IMG/VR virus record: IMGVR_UViG_3300007609_001486
Location: 1 to 64,000 of that record
Reading direction: 5' to 3' (one strand)
DNA length: 64,000 bases
Source: a virus
Below are positions 47,243 to 56,962 of the stretch, piece by piece. The notes beneath the pieces were generated by a model that searched no databases, was not told the origin of the DNA, and saw only the letters and a list, made by a program, of their open reading frames with translations. The stretch's first letter is position 1. Every line of letters starts with the position of its first letter. The translations under genes were made by a program, and so were the position numbers.

Positions 47243-48469
47243 ATGTCAAGAAATACATATTGTAAATATCCCTTTAAACAACTGGCAATGAAAAATTTTG
47301 AAAATAATAAAGCAAGGTCGTTTTGGCCTTGTTGTAACATGCCAAACACTCAAGAAGGAGTTTATGATCCTGATGTTTTAGGTACCGGAGAAATAAGCAA
47401 TTTGACTCCGGAAGAAATGTTTAATCATCCTAGAATGGACCAATTGCGCAATAATCTTATTGCAGGAATAAGAGATCCTGCATGTAGTGTATGCTGGAAA
47501 ATGGAAGATAAAGGACTTAAATCATATAGAAATAATTCTTTTGACGAAAACACCGCTCTAGATTATGAAAAAAATCTAGAAATAATTGATGTGACTATTT
47601 CAAATATTTGTAACCTTAGGTGTAGAATGTGCACCCCTGGTAACAGTAATCTGTTAATGAAAGACCACAAATACTTCGAAGAAAACAATTTATTATCAGA
47701 ATTAGGCGATGCAATTAAAGACAGATGGAGCGCAAGTGTACCGCATGCTACACACCAGTCTCCTCAGTGGAAATGGCTTTTAGAAAATCCTAGTAAAATT
47801 AAAATGCTTAAAATGTCAGGAGGAGAACCATTTTATGATAAAGAAGTGATCAAACTTTTGCAAAGCTATATTGACAATGACACTGCAAAGGATATAGTCT
47901 TAGCCTTTCACACAAACGGAACACAATTTGACGATAATCTGATAAGCATGCTTCAACAATTTAAAGGAAATAAACATACACTCAGCATAGACGGCGTCAA
48001 CAAGGTTTATGACTATATCAGATATCCAGGAACATTTAAAGAAATAGAAAATCAGTTACCAAAATATATCAGTGAAGTTGTTGACGTAGAAGATTGGGTT
48101 GATTTTAATTTTGTTTTGACCTCTCTAAATGTGCTTAATGCTGGCGATTACATAAAATGGTGTTTATCCCTTGTGCAAAAGCCTGCTCTTGTTTTTACAG
48201 AAGTATATCCTACCGAGCGTGGCATTGCAATTAAAAGACTGCCTTGCTATATATTAGAGGAAGCAAAACGCAGAATTATACCTTATATGGATGTTCCTTA
48301 TGTAGATTACGCAGTGAGCGAACTTATAAATCAAATTAATTGGGCAATAAAGAATAATAACGAAGATAAGAGTTTATTGCTAAAGGAAATTACATTGTTT
48401 GATAGATCGAGGAATCAATATTTTGGAGATTATATAGATCCATTGCTTACAGATTGGTTAGAATCATGA
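47243..48469 (+). CDS. N-terminal-Twitch radical SAM protein (rSAM #8)
   Basis: CKYPF...PCC...CSVC, then CNLRCRMC, GGEPF, HTNGT, YIRYPG. Start reassigned to ATG 47243. Confidence 0.9.
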   Translation: MSRNTYCKYPFKQLAMKNFENNKARSFWPCCNMPNTQEGVYDPDVLGTGEISNLTPEEMFNHPRMDQLRNNLIAGIRDPACSVCWKMEDKGLKSYRNNSFDENTALDYEKNLEIIDVTISNICNLRCRMCTPGNSNLLMKDHKYFEENNLLSELGDAIKDRWSASVPHATHQSPQWKWLLENPSKIKMLKMSGGEPFYDKEVIKLLQSYIDNDTAKDIVLAFHTNGTQFDDNLISMLQQFKGNKHTLSIDGVNKVYDYIRYPGTFKEIENQLPKYISEVVDVEDWVDFNFVLTSLNVLNAGDYIKWCLSLVQKPALVFTEVYPTERGIAIKRLPCYILEEAKRRIIPYMDVPYVDYAVSELINQINWAIKNNNEDKSLLLKEITLFDRSRNQYFGDYIDPLLTDWLES

Positions 48470-49020
48470 TAATAACCGGAAATCCAAATCAAGGACTAGC
48501 CCGAGCACTATCTAAAATTTTTCCGACTGCAGAATTTTTCAGTAAGTCGACCGGATGGGATTTATGCAAAACAGAACACCAGCAACAATTTGCAAAACTC
48601 TGTCTATCCCATGACACAATTATAAACTGTGTAGCACTATGGCGGTTTGAACAAACCACCCTCTTAGACGCAATATATAGGTCGTGTGTGGACGCAAATC
48701 ATACTCCGCATATAGTATGCATAGGAAGCACAACTGACAGAGTAAAAAACGGAAAGCCTTGGCTATATAATGCAGAGAAAAAAGCACTCAGGGATTACAG
48801 TAACACTTTAGCTATAGGCGGAGTGTGGTCTGACAAACCAAAAGTAAGTTATATTAGTTTTGGCACACTTTCAAACAAGCAAGAAAAACATACTGATAGA
48901 AAGTGTCTTGATATAGACACAGCTGCTCAGTACGTTCAGTGGTTGATAGAACAACCTAAACATGTTAATATAAATGAGATAAGTATAGATCCTATGCAAT
49001 GCGAGAAATGGTATGAATGA
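48466..49020 (+). CDS. Short-chain dehydrogenase/reductase-like (Rossmann fold)
   Basis: IITGNPNQGLA, IINC, IGST, Y-x3-K (YNAEK). ATGA-coupled start at 48466. Confidence 0.7.
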   Translation: MIITGNPNQGLARALSKIFPTAEFFSKSTGWDLCKTEHQQQFAKLCLSHDTIINCVALWRFEQTTLLDAIYRSCVDANHTPHIVCIGSTTDRVKNGKPWLYNAEKKALRDYSNTLAIGGVWSDKPKVSYISFGTLSNKQEKHTDRKCLDIDTAAQYVQWLIEQPKHVNINEISIDPMQCEKWYE

Positions 49021-50128
49021 AGATCTCAAATGGAGTAATTACGATTTTACGAAAATTCCCTTTCATGATATTACGCAAGTAGGCCAGCGCACACTTTTAT
49101 ACAGAGATATCTTCACAGTGTCGTGGCTCCTTGGAAGATTCTGTAATTATAGATGTAGCTATTGCTGGCCATACGCCAGATCTGACAAAAAAGATCATCG
49201 ACCGACAGAACTTTGTCTTAAAACAATAGATGAAATAAAGCGCCAAGCACGGGATAACGGATTTAACAGTTTTCATTTTAGTCTCAGCGGTGGAGAACCA
49301 ACTTTTCATCCAGGATATTTAGATATTTTAAAATACCTTGCAGACGATGTACAGAATACTAATTATACCAGTATTCATATGACTAGTAATTGTAGTCGAA
49401 ATATGAAATGGTTTGAAGAATATGTGGAAAGCGCAAAACCCTTCCACCGTGCAAGTATAACTGCAAGCTTACACACAGAGCATGTAAACACTCCGGAAAA
49501 AATGCAGGAATTTGCGGACAAATTAATCTTTTGCCAAGAACATGATGTTCAAGTGACCATTAACCAAGTAATGGTCCCAGACTGGTTTGAACGAGATTGG
49601 GAAAATGCTCTTTTCTTTCATGAGCAGGGCATAAATGTAACGTTAAAACCTCAGAGCGACCCCACGGCCAGCAGGGTTGTTGATGGGTATACCGAAGACA
49701 TGTTAAAACGATTATATAACGGAATGCCTCAGAGAGCATATACAGAATTAAAAAGAAAATGGGCAGGTAGACCCAAGCCCAACTTTCAAATTCCAGTTGG
49801 AGTAAACGGAAAAAATGATGCTAGTGTGCCGTGGCATATGCAAGTTGAGTTTAAAGATTCCACCGGCAAAAAATGGTACATGGATCAAGCAGAAAGGTTT
49901 AATGCATTCAACTTTAACAAATTTAAAGGTTGGAACTGCAATGCAGGCTTCCAAGGTATTATAATTAGAGAGCCCGACGGAAGCGTTAAACGGTCTTATA
50001 GTTGCCATGATGTTCCTTTAGGAAATATAGAAACAGGATTTAATTTATTTGACCAACCGATGCCTTGCATAACTGAAAGTTGTGTAAGTTCTGCAGATAG
50101 CAAGATTCCAAAAAGAAAAGATGTATAA
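49013..50128 (+). CDS. Radical SAM protein, subfamily C (rSAM #9)
   Basis: VSWLLGRFCNYRCSYC, SGGEPT, FKGWNCNAG...C...C....C..SAD..IPK. Confidence 0.9.
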   Translation: MNEDLKWSNYDFTKIPFHDITQVGQRTLLYRDIFTVSWLLGRFCNYRCSYCWPYARSDKKDHRPTELCLKTIDEIKRQARDNGFNSFHFSLSGGEPTFHPGYLDILKYLADDVQNTNYTSIHMTSNCSRNMKWFEEYVESAKPFHRASITASLHTEHVNTPEKMQEFADKLIFCQEHDVQVTINQVMVPDWFERDWENALFFHEQGINVTLKPQSDPTASRVVDGYTEDMLKRLYNGMPQRAYTELKRKWAGRPKPNFQIPVGVNGKNDASVPWHMQVEFKDSTGKKWYMDQAERFNAFNFNKFKGWNCNAGFQGIIIREPDGSVKRSYSCHDVPLGNIETGFNLFDQPMPCITESCVSSADSKIPKRKDV

Positions 50129-51173
50129 TGTAAACGATGTTCGGGAATTACATATTGAGCTGACAGATAAATGCCAGGCGCAATGTCCTATGTGTGCTAG
50201 GAATTATAACGGATATGGCACTAGAACTTTTATTGAAAATAGAGAAATATCATTCAACGAGTTTAAAGAATGGTTCCCTGAAGAATTCCTAGCACGATTA
50301 GATAATTTTTACAGTTGTGGTAACTATGGTGATCCTGCATTTGCTAGTGACTGTCTAGAAATATTTGCATATGCTCGCAAATGTAATCCTACCGCCAAAA
50401 TGTCATTACATACTAATGGCGGCATGCGCAATCCGAAATGGTGGTCCGAACTTGCAAAACATAATATTGAGGTTGTATTTGCGGTAGACGGATTCAAGGG
50501 TAAACATGAACTTTATCGTAAAAATACAAAATTTGAAAAGGTAATTGAAAACTTAAAAGCATTTATCGATGCAGGCGGAAGTGCCTGTGTTGATAGTTTA
50601 GTATTTGCACATAACGAATTTGAAACAGAATTATTAGAAGATTATTTGTTAAAATTAGGTGTCAAATACGTAAACTTTGTTAGCACTACTAGGTTTTACG
50701 AAATGAAAGAATTCTATGTTTATAACGAAGATAAAAATTTTCAATATTCGTTAAAGCCACCAACATTACCTCCTTATAAACGGGAACCTAATAATACATT
50801 AGAGTCTTTATTAAACCATAACGTAAGAAAACAAGTAGTACACGATGCTGTAATTTCTCCAAAATGTACTAGTGTAAAAGGAATCTACGTTGATCCAAGG
50901 GGAAACTTATATCCCTGCTGTCTAATAGGACACGATTATATTGAGGATGACGTAAAGGAAATTCTGCCAGTACACACCTTACATAATATTTCAATAAAAC
51001 ACACTAAGAATATTCTTGGTAAAGTAGGATTACAAAACTGTAAAGATAGAATATTATATACAAATGAAGTTTTATTTAAAGATTTTGATAAAACATGGAG
51101 TAATGAAGACAAATGTTTAACATGTGTAAATGCTTGCTCTAAAACAGTATACGAGTATACAAAAAATGTCTAA
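50121..51173 (+). CDS. Radical SAM protein, subfamily B (rSAM #10)
   Basis: HIELTDKCQAQCPMCAR, CGNYGDP, HTNGG, YPCC...CLTC..AC. Confidence 0.9.
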   Translation: MYNVNDVRELHIELTDKCQAQCPMCARNYNGYGTRTFIENREISFNEFKEWFPEEFLARLDNFYSCGNYGDPAFASDCLEIFAYARKCNPTAKMSLHTNGGMRNPKWWSELAKHNIEVVFAVDGFKGKHELYRKNTKFEKVIENLKAFIDAGGSACVDSLVFAHNEFETELLEDYLLKLGVKYVNFVSTTRFYEMKEFYVYNEDKNFQYSLKPPTLPPYKREPNNTLESLLNHNVRKQVVHDAVISPKCTSVKGIYVDPRGNLYPCCLIGHDYIEDDVKEILPVHTLHNISIKHTKNILGKVGLQNCKDRILYTNEVLFKDFDKTWSNEDKCLTCVNACSKTVYEYTKNV

Positions 51174-52485
51174 GATAGATAAATTGAAAAAAGAAATAGA
51201 GGAAAAAACAGGATCTACTACATTCTGTGCGTTACCTTGGACGCATGTTGCGACAGAAACAAACGGCTCTATGCGGTTGTGCTGTGCATCTAATACTAAA
51301 GGCATTGTATCTAATCCTAAAAATACCGGCACTCAGGCAACTTTAGACAATACTACAATCACTAAAGAATGGAATAACGAATATTACAAGAATATTCGTA
51401 ACAAAATGTTATCAAATGAAGAGCCCTTAGATTGTCAAAAGTGTTTCCAACAAGAAAAATTAGGGATTATCTCTAAACGACTTTGGGAAACCAGAGAATG
51501 GCTTAATAGACGTTTGGATACATCTTTCCTATCTGAGATTGCAGAGCCACCAGTATACTTAGATTTACGTTTAGGCAATAGCTGTAATTTAAAATGCGTA
51601 ATGTGCTCTCCGCATGACAGTTCACAGTGGGTAAAGGATTATAAAAATTTAAACGCAGAAACCAAAGCACTGGTAGATTGGGATCAAGAAACAAAAAATC
51701 CTTTTTGGCATAGAAATAAACCTTTTATACACGATCTTTATAAATTAATACCTACCTTGGAACAAGTTCAGTTTGCAGGCGGAGAGCCTTTAATGATCCC
51801 TGAACATTTTAATTTATTAAACGAAATTATAAATGAAGGACGAAGTCACCATGTAGTTTTGAAATATAATACCAATGGTACAATTGTTAATGATGAGATC
51901 TTAGACATATGGAAAAATTTTAAAAAAGTCAAAGTTTCTATAAGTTTAGACGGAATAGAGGGCAGAGGTGAATATATCAGACACCCGATGGCTTGGGAGC
52001 AAATTAAAGAAAATCTACAAATCCTTGATAAATCACCGGAAAACATTGATGTAAATTTAGCTGTCACAGTTCAATTATTAAACATAAAACATTTGCCTGA
52101 TTTTGCGAAATGGAAAATTGCACAAAAATTTAAAAAAATTAATTTAGAAATTATAGAAGGATATCAAATAGGCGCAGGTATTTTTAACATGCATCTCCTT
52201 TATATTCCTACCTTTTTAAGTATTCAGTGTTTACCAGAACAAGATAAAAAAGAAGTGGAAGAAAGTTTTTTACAATTTAAAAAGTGGCTTAAAGACAATT
52301 ATAACCAATCATTTTGGCATAATCCTGTTGGCTGGCAAAAATGGCAATCATTGTTAGATTACATGTATAAACACGATGGATCCGACCAAATTCCTAATTT
52401 TCAAAAATATATTTTAAATTTAGATTCTATAAGAGGAACTGATGCAAAAGAAATATTTCCTGAACTATCACATCTTTTTCTTTGA
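51166..52485 (+). CDS. N-terminal-Twitch radical SAM protein (rSAM #11)
   Basis: CALPW...RLCC...CQKC, then DLRLGNSCNLKCVMCSPHDSS, FAGGEP, IFPEL. Closest to #5. Start reassigned to ATG 51166. Confidence 0.92.
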   Translation: MSKIDKLKKEIEEKTGSTTFCALPWTHVATETNGSMRLCCASNTKGIVSNPKNTGTQATLDNTTITKEWNNEYYKNIRNKMLSNEEPLDCQKCFQQEKLGIISKRLWETREWLNRRLDTSFLSEIAEPPVYLDLRLGNSCNLKCVMCSPHDSSQWVKDYKNLNAETKALVDWDQETKNPFWHRNKPFIHDLYKLIPTLEQVQFAGGEPLMIPEHFNLLNEIINEGRSHHVVLKYNTNGTIVNDEILDIWKNFKKVKVSISLDGIEGRGEYIRHPMAWEQIKENLQILDKSPENIDVNLAVTVQLLNIKHLPDFAKWKIAQKFKKINLEIIEGYQIGAGIFNMHLLYIPTFLSIQCLPEQDKKEVEESFLQFKKWLKDNYNQSFWHNPVGWQKWQSLLDYMYKHDGSDQIPNFQKYILNLDSIRGTDAKEIFPELSHLFL

Positions 52486-53361
52486 TATAGGAATATCGCC
52501 TGCACAAGTGCACCAATTTCGTGTGCAAATTACAGGTTCTTCAGGAACTTCAAAACTACCTTCATAGATATTACCTAAACTCCCCCCAACTCTGCATGTA
52601 GCACGATGCACTTCTCCGTCCCAGTTTATCATTAAACTTTCTAATCCCACATTGCAACTCCATCCCTTGAATTTATTGAGGTGATTCTTTATAATTTCGT
52701 TTGCGTGCATGGTTGATGTATCATCTATAACACAATTTGGCCTTGCAGTTCCAGTGTTTTGTAGAATCCAGTCTAAATCTTCTGTAGCATACTTTAAATC
52801 GTCAAACCAGTCATGATCGCCATTAGTCCATCTTATGCGTCTTATTACTGTAGGAATATTCATTGATTGCAACATTTCCCATGCTCTTTTTACCATATCC
52901 ATATATTCGTGGTGTGCCATTAAATGTACTATTACGTCTCTATCAAATACTTTACCTACATTAATTGCATTGTTTAAACTTTTAGACCATAACTCGTTGT
53001 CAAAGTGTAGACTGAATACGTATTGATTCACAGGCTGATCAAGGTACCATTGCACATTACGTAACCCGTTTGAAGTTACATTTATCCATTTAACATGCAT
53101 TGATTCATCTATATGATTTATAAGTTCTTCAATTTTAGGGTGAACAGTTGGCTCGCCCCCGGTCAGACTCATTCTTACAGGTTTTGCAAGTTCTTCTAAT
53201 TTATCTACAGCATCTAACATATGCTTAATTTCGGCATGGGGACTAAAATTATCATGTATACTCGGAGGACAATAGGCACAATCTAAATTGCATCTTTTAC
53301 CTATATTCCATTCTACTTTAACAGTGTCAGTATTGTCGTAAACATTTTCGACTTTAAACAT
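52468..53361 (-). CDS. Radical SAM protein, subfamily C (rSAM #12)
   Basis: VEWNIGKRCNLDCAYC, TGGEPT, FKGWSC...C...CTRNWCTC..DI.I.K. Confidence 0.9.
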   Translation of the reverse strand: MFKVENVYDNTDTVKVEWNIGKRCNLDCAYCPPSIHDNFSPHAEIKHMLDAVDKLEELAKPVRMSLTGGEPTVHPKIEELINHIDESMHVKWINVTSNGLRNVQWYLDQPVNQYVFSLHFDNELWSKSLNNAINVGKVFDRDVIVHLMAHHEYMDMVKRAWEMLQSMNIPTVIRRIRWTNGDHDWFDDLKYATEDLDWILQNTGTARPNCVIDDTSTMHANEIIKNHLNKFKGWSCNVGLESLMINWDGEVHRATCRVGGSLGNIYEGSFEVPEEPVICTRNWCTCAGDIPISKKKM

Positions 53362-54619
53362 ATTTCTTAAACTCTGGATTGATATGTTCGAAAGGTCCCT
53401 GCGATCTAGTTTTATCTAATGCGCGATTAAACTCAATAGTTTCCCGCCATAAATGATGTTGATCAGTGGCTTTTATATATGTTATTACGTCGTTAATTTG
53501 GTTAATTGTAAATTCCAATAACTTACCATTATCTTTGACAAGTTTAAAATTTGGAACTTTTTCTTTAACCTGTTCTAGTCTTTTCACTACTTCTTGTTTT
53601 AGATCTTTTGGTAATACTTGAGCAGAAAGAACCCTAGGATGGTCGACACTTTTAGCATAAAATATTATGCCCAAATCATCTAAGAAATATTCTATCATTT
53701 TATCTAAGACCATAATGTTATTTACTTGGAATGCAACTGCTCCTACAATACGATTAATATTGGGAATATCTTGCATTACTTTTATATTTTTTATTAGGGT
53801 TTCCCAATCACCATTTCCTCTTACATATTCATAACTTTTACCTATTCCATCTATGCTAACATTTACAGCGACACTTTTAAATCTAGGCCAGTAATCGTGT
53901 ATATTCCTGCCACCTTTTATACCTAAAATCGTCCCATTAGTTGCATATTTAATTTCGATATTTTCTCCGTATGTGGAAAGCATATCTAAGATCTTATAAT
54001 GGTGCGGGTCCATGAGAGGCTCGCCTCCGGCAAATTCAACCCTTCGGAAATATGGCAACAACTTTTCAAAACTGTTCCACCAGTTTGTGTTATCTTCAAA
54101 ATGACCTAAATAAGGATTCTTTTTGAGGTTTAAATTATCTACCATGTTAGGTAAGAAAACATCGTCGTCCTTATAGTAACCTTCGATAGAATCCCAATCT
54201 TTCCACGAAGTGCTGTCAACAGGATTGCACATTCTGCACTTTAAATTACATAGATTGTTAATTTTAATTTCAATGGTAGGGATTTCAAAAGGCATTGAGT
54301 AATCTTCATTAAGGTTGTCTAAAGCATTAGGATAAAGATTTATTCTTGACTCTGGAATAACATTCTCTATATGTCGTTGTCGTAAACTTTGTACTCCTTG
54401 ATCCTCCAACATATAACAGGGTAAACATTCAGGCGGCCTCTCATCATTTAACACCTGCTGTCTGATACGTAGCATATTTTCGTTATTCCAAATTTCTTCT
54501 AAACTTTCATCTTGAATGTAGCCAACAGGGTGACTGCGGCAGCATATTTTTACTGCGCCGTCCTCTCGGGTAGCAAGTCCAGTAAAAGGGTGCATACAAA
54601 ATGTACAGGATTTTTTCAT
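53354..54619 (-). CDS. N-terminal-Twitch radical SAM protein (rSAM #13)
   Basis: CMHPF...KICC...IWN...CLPC, then CNLKCRMC, FAGGEP, YATNG. Confidence 0.92.
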   Translation of the reverse strand: MKKSCTFCMHPFTGLATREDGAVKICCRSHPVGYIQDESLEEIWNNENMLRIRQQVLNDERPPECLPCYMLEDQGVQSLRQRHIENVIPESRINLYPNALDNLNEDYSMPFEIPTIEIKINNLCNLKCRMCNPVDSTSWKDWDSIEGYYKDDDVFLPNMVDNLNLKKNPYLGHFEDNTNWWNSFEKLLPYFRRVEFAGGEPLMDPHHYKILDMLSTYGENIEIKYATNGTILGIKGGRNIHDYWPRFKSVAVNVSIDGIGKSYEYVRGNGDWETLIKNIKVMQDIPNINRIVGAVAFQVNNIMVLDKMIEYFLDDLGIIFYAKSVDHPRVLSAQVLPKDLKQEVVKRLEQVKEKVPNFKLVKDNGKLLEFTINQINDVITYIKATDQHHLWRETIEFNRALDKTRSQGPFEHINPEFKKYV

Positions 54620-54624
54620 AATGT

Positions 54625-54653
54625 TACTTATCTCATATGGCTAATTATAAATA
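54625..54653. promoter_or_regulatory. Back-to-back late-type promoters: TAAGTA (minus, 54625-54630) and TATAAATA (plus, 54646-54653)
   Basis: Each box ends exactly 5 nt before its ATG (54619 on minus, 54659 on plus) in a 39-bp divergent gap. Confidence 0.6.
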
Positions 54654-54658
54654 ATTTT

Positions 54659-55327
54659 ATGATAACTCCCACTATGTATTCATTAGACGAAAATATTTTA
54701 CAAGAAGCAGTCAATTCTTTACCTCAAATAAGTTTTAAACTTTCCTTAAATCACCCTACAGAAGATTTTTTTTATAGTCCATGGGTTATAAAAGACGAAT
54801 ATAAAGGCACGGTATGGAACGACGTTTTGAAAAGTTTACCAGAAATGCAGGGAGAAGCTAGATTAATAAAACTAGATCCTGGATTTTGTTATTATGCTCA
54901 TGCTGATATAGATGACAGATGGCACTTATCGTTACAAGCCGAACATTCCTTTTTAGTTGACATACAAAATGAAAAACTACATAAAGTACAAGTTGATGGA
55001 AAATGGTATTATTTCGAAGCAACTAATATTCATAGCGCAACAAACTTTAGTAACAAACCTCGTATTCAATTAGTTGTGAGAAAATTATTGCAAAAAAATA
55101 AAATTATAGATCCCATATGTGTAAATTTAATTTTAAAAGAGTATAGACATGATTATAGATATCTATTTGATAGCACAGTAAGCCCATGGTTAAATAAAGC
55201 TAATAAAACTGGATATATCTCTAACTTTGAAAAGAAAGATAAATCTGTAAAATTTATAATTTCCGAGTATGCGCTAAGTTCGCTTAAACAAATTTTACCA
55301 AAGGAGTTTGAATTAAGATGTCTGTAA
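54659..55327 (+). CDS. 2OG-Fe(II) oxygenase, aspartyl/asparaginyl beta-hydroxylase-like
   Basis: ARLIKL.PG..Y.AHAD (HxD)...HSATN....RIQLVV. The real start is ATG 54659; the upstream part of the called ORF overlaps the antisense gene. Confidence 0.75.
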   Translation: MITPTMYSLDENILQEAVNSLPQISFKLSLNHPTEDFFYSPWVIKDEYKGTVWNDVLKSLPEMQGEARLIKLDPGFCYYAHADIDDRWHLSLQAEHSFLVDIQNEKLHKVQVDGKWYYFEATNIHSATNFSNKPRIQLVVRKLLQKNKIIDPICVNLILKEYRHDYRYLFDSTVSPWLNKANKTGYISNFEKKDKSVKFIISEYALSSLKQILPKEFELRCL

Positions 55328-55866
55328 GGTTTGTAGGAAATTGTAAGACAGTAAACTGGCAAGAATTAATCGAATCAATAAGCCGTATAGACGGAGACGT
55401 AAGAACATATGGAGTAAACTTTTATCAAGATTCTAATCAAAATTTTAATGAGATAATAGATTTATGGAAGACTGCAGGATACGATAAAACAGAAACAGTA
55501 GAATGGATAAATTATTATCCAGGAAAACATTTTGGAACCCATTACGTAACACAATTTGAAGAGTATACTGATACTTTATGTGCACGTGCTTGGATTAGTA
55601 AAATACGTCCTGGGAAGTATGCGCCTTATCATAAAGATATCGATGATAATATAGAAGAATACCTAGCCAGGGGAGATTTAGTACGATATACCGCGCATCC
55701 TTGTATTCCTAAAAAAGGACAAATCTTAATTATAGACGAAACCGTATTACATTTAGAAGAACAAGGAAATGTGTACAAGTGGTCAGATTACTTTGCATGG
55801 CATGGCGGCGGAAATATAAGTTTTGAACCTAAATACTTATTCAATTATCTAGGAGTCAAAAAATGA
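55318..55866 (+). CDS. 2OG-Fe(II) oxygenase-like (double-stranded beta-helix)
   Basis: WISKIRPG..APYHKD...WHGGGN...KYLFN. Confidence 0.7.
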   Translation: MSVRFVGNCKTVNWQELIESISRIDGDVRTYGVNFYQDSNQNFNEIIDLWKTAGYDKTETVEWINYYPGKHFGTHYVTQFEEYTDTLCARAWISKIRPGKYAPYHKDIDDNIEEYLARGDLVRYTAHPCIPKKGQILIIDETVLHLEEQGNVYKWSDYFAWHGGGNISFEPKYLFNYLGVKK

Positions 55867-56396
55867 GATTTATAGGTAACAGTAGTGAAGTAATTGATTG
55901 GGATCAGTATGTAAATTTGATCGAATGTGATCAAGGAAGAATTAGGGGAACAGCTCAAAGAGATGATATTCATCATAATCCTAAGGTTGCCGAATTAAAA
56001 AATATATGGGAAGTAGCTGGCTACACAAATAATAATGCTGTTGGCTGGATAGATTACGAAATATCACAGGATATAGTTGACAAATTTGCATTTTGGGCAG
56101 GAATGAATCCAATAGCTGGTTGGATTACTAGTGTTCCGCCAGGCTATTGTGTTCCGTGGCATCCCGACTATACAGATGACGAGGAAAAAATACTTTCTAA
56201 CGGTGAGGTATTTAGATTCACCTGTCATATTGGTAAGCCAAGATGGGGCCAAGTCTTTGTACTAGAAGAGCATGTATTTCATATGGAGTCGCAAGGAAAC
56301 TCATATCAATGGTCGGACTGGCAGGACTGGCACGGCGGATTAAATATGGGGTTACACTCTAAACTCCTCTTTAACTTTTTGGGATATAAGCGTTGA
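55863..56396 (+). CDS. 2OG-Fe(II) oxygenase-like, tandem paralog of 55318
   Basis: WITSVPPG..VPWHPD...WHGGLN...KLLFNF; both start RF.GN. Confidence 0.7.
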   Translation: MRFIGNSSEVIDWDQYVNLIECDQGRIRGTAQRDDIHHNPKVAELKNIWEVAGYTNNNAVGWIDYEISQDIVDKFAFWAGMNPIAGWITSVPPGYCVPWHPDYTDDEEKILSNGEVFRFTCHIGKPRWGQVFVLEEHVFHMESQGNSYQWSDWQDWHGGLNMGLHSKLLFNFLGYKR

Positions 56397-56962
56397 AAAA
56401 TAAATTTTGTTTCGATTTAAAACTTCCAATTAGCGGACCATTAAATAATTTTAAATGTATATACAGGAACGATGCAGAGCCAGACATTTTCTTCATAGAT
56501 CATTCTGACGTAAGCGAAGATTATAAAAATTGGATAAGTGAATGTGGATTAATAATGACATATCCGCCTTTGATTTTTTATACACCCATTGGACATCAAA
56601 TAGGTGTTCACATAGACGGTCCTGGCAAAGTTATGGATAGGGCTTGTATGAACTGGTGCGTACAAGGAGCAGGGAGTCTAATGCACTGGTACGAAGTTAA
56701 AGCAGGGTGTTCTCCATTTGAAGAAACAGAGACACAAGCCGGCACACCATATACACAATACCATCCTAAGGATCTAAATCATCTTCATAGTCAAACTGTT
56801 AAATGGCCTAGTGTTGTTCAAACAGGAATACCCCACAATGTTCATAATAGCACTTGGGAGCCTAGGTGGACAATTAGTTGCGATCTAAGTTTTAAAGATA
56901 CTCCTGAACAAGGACTCACAATGTTTCAAGCACAGGAAATATTTTTTAAATGGATGATTTAG
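56393..56962 (+). CDS. 2OG-Fe(II) oxygenase-like / cupin protein
   Basis: HID...PHNVHN....RWTIS; TTG start overlapping the previous stop. Confidence 0.6.
   Translation: MKNKFCFDLKLPISGPLNNFKCIYRNDAEPDIFFIDHSDVSEDYKNWISECGLIMTYPPLIFYTPIGHQIGVHIDGPGKVMDRACMNWCVQGAGSLMHWYEVKAGCSPFEETETQAGTPYTQYHPKDLNHLHSQTVKWPSVVQTGIPHNVHNSTWEPRWTISCDLSFKDTPEQGLTMFQAQEIFFKWMI

Noticed and set aside
37118-54619. Calling the rSAMs MoaA, QueE, NrdG, PqqE or anSME
   Set aside because: Only the generic CX3CX2C and GGEP motifs match, and partner genes for those pathways are absent, so no gene symbols were assigned.
54512-54658. N-terminal 49 aa of the called 271-aa ORF (and similar extensions at 41371, 41939, 43886, 47225, 48454, 51130, 59026)
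   Set aside because: These extensions overlap neighbouring genes or promoter motifs; downstream ATGs fit coupling, SD or promoter geometry better.
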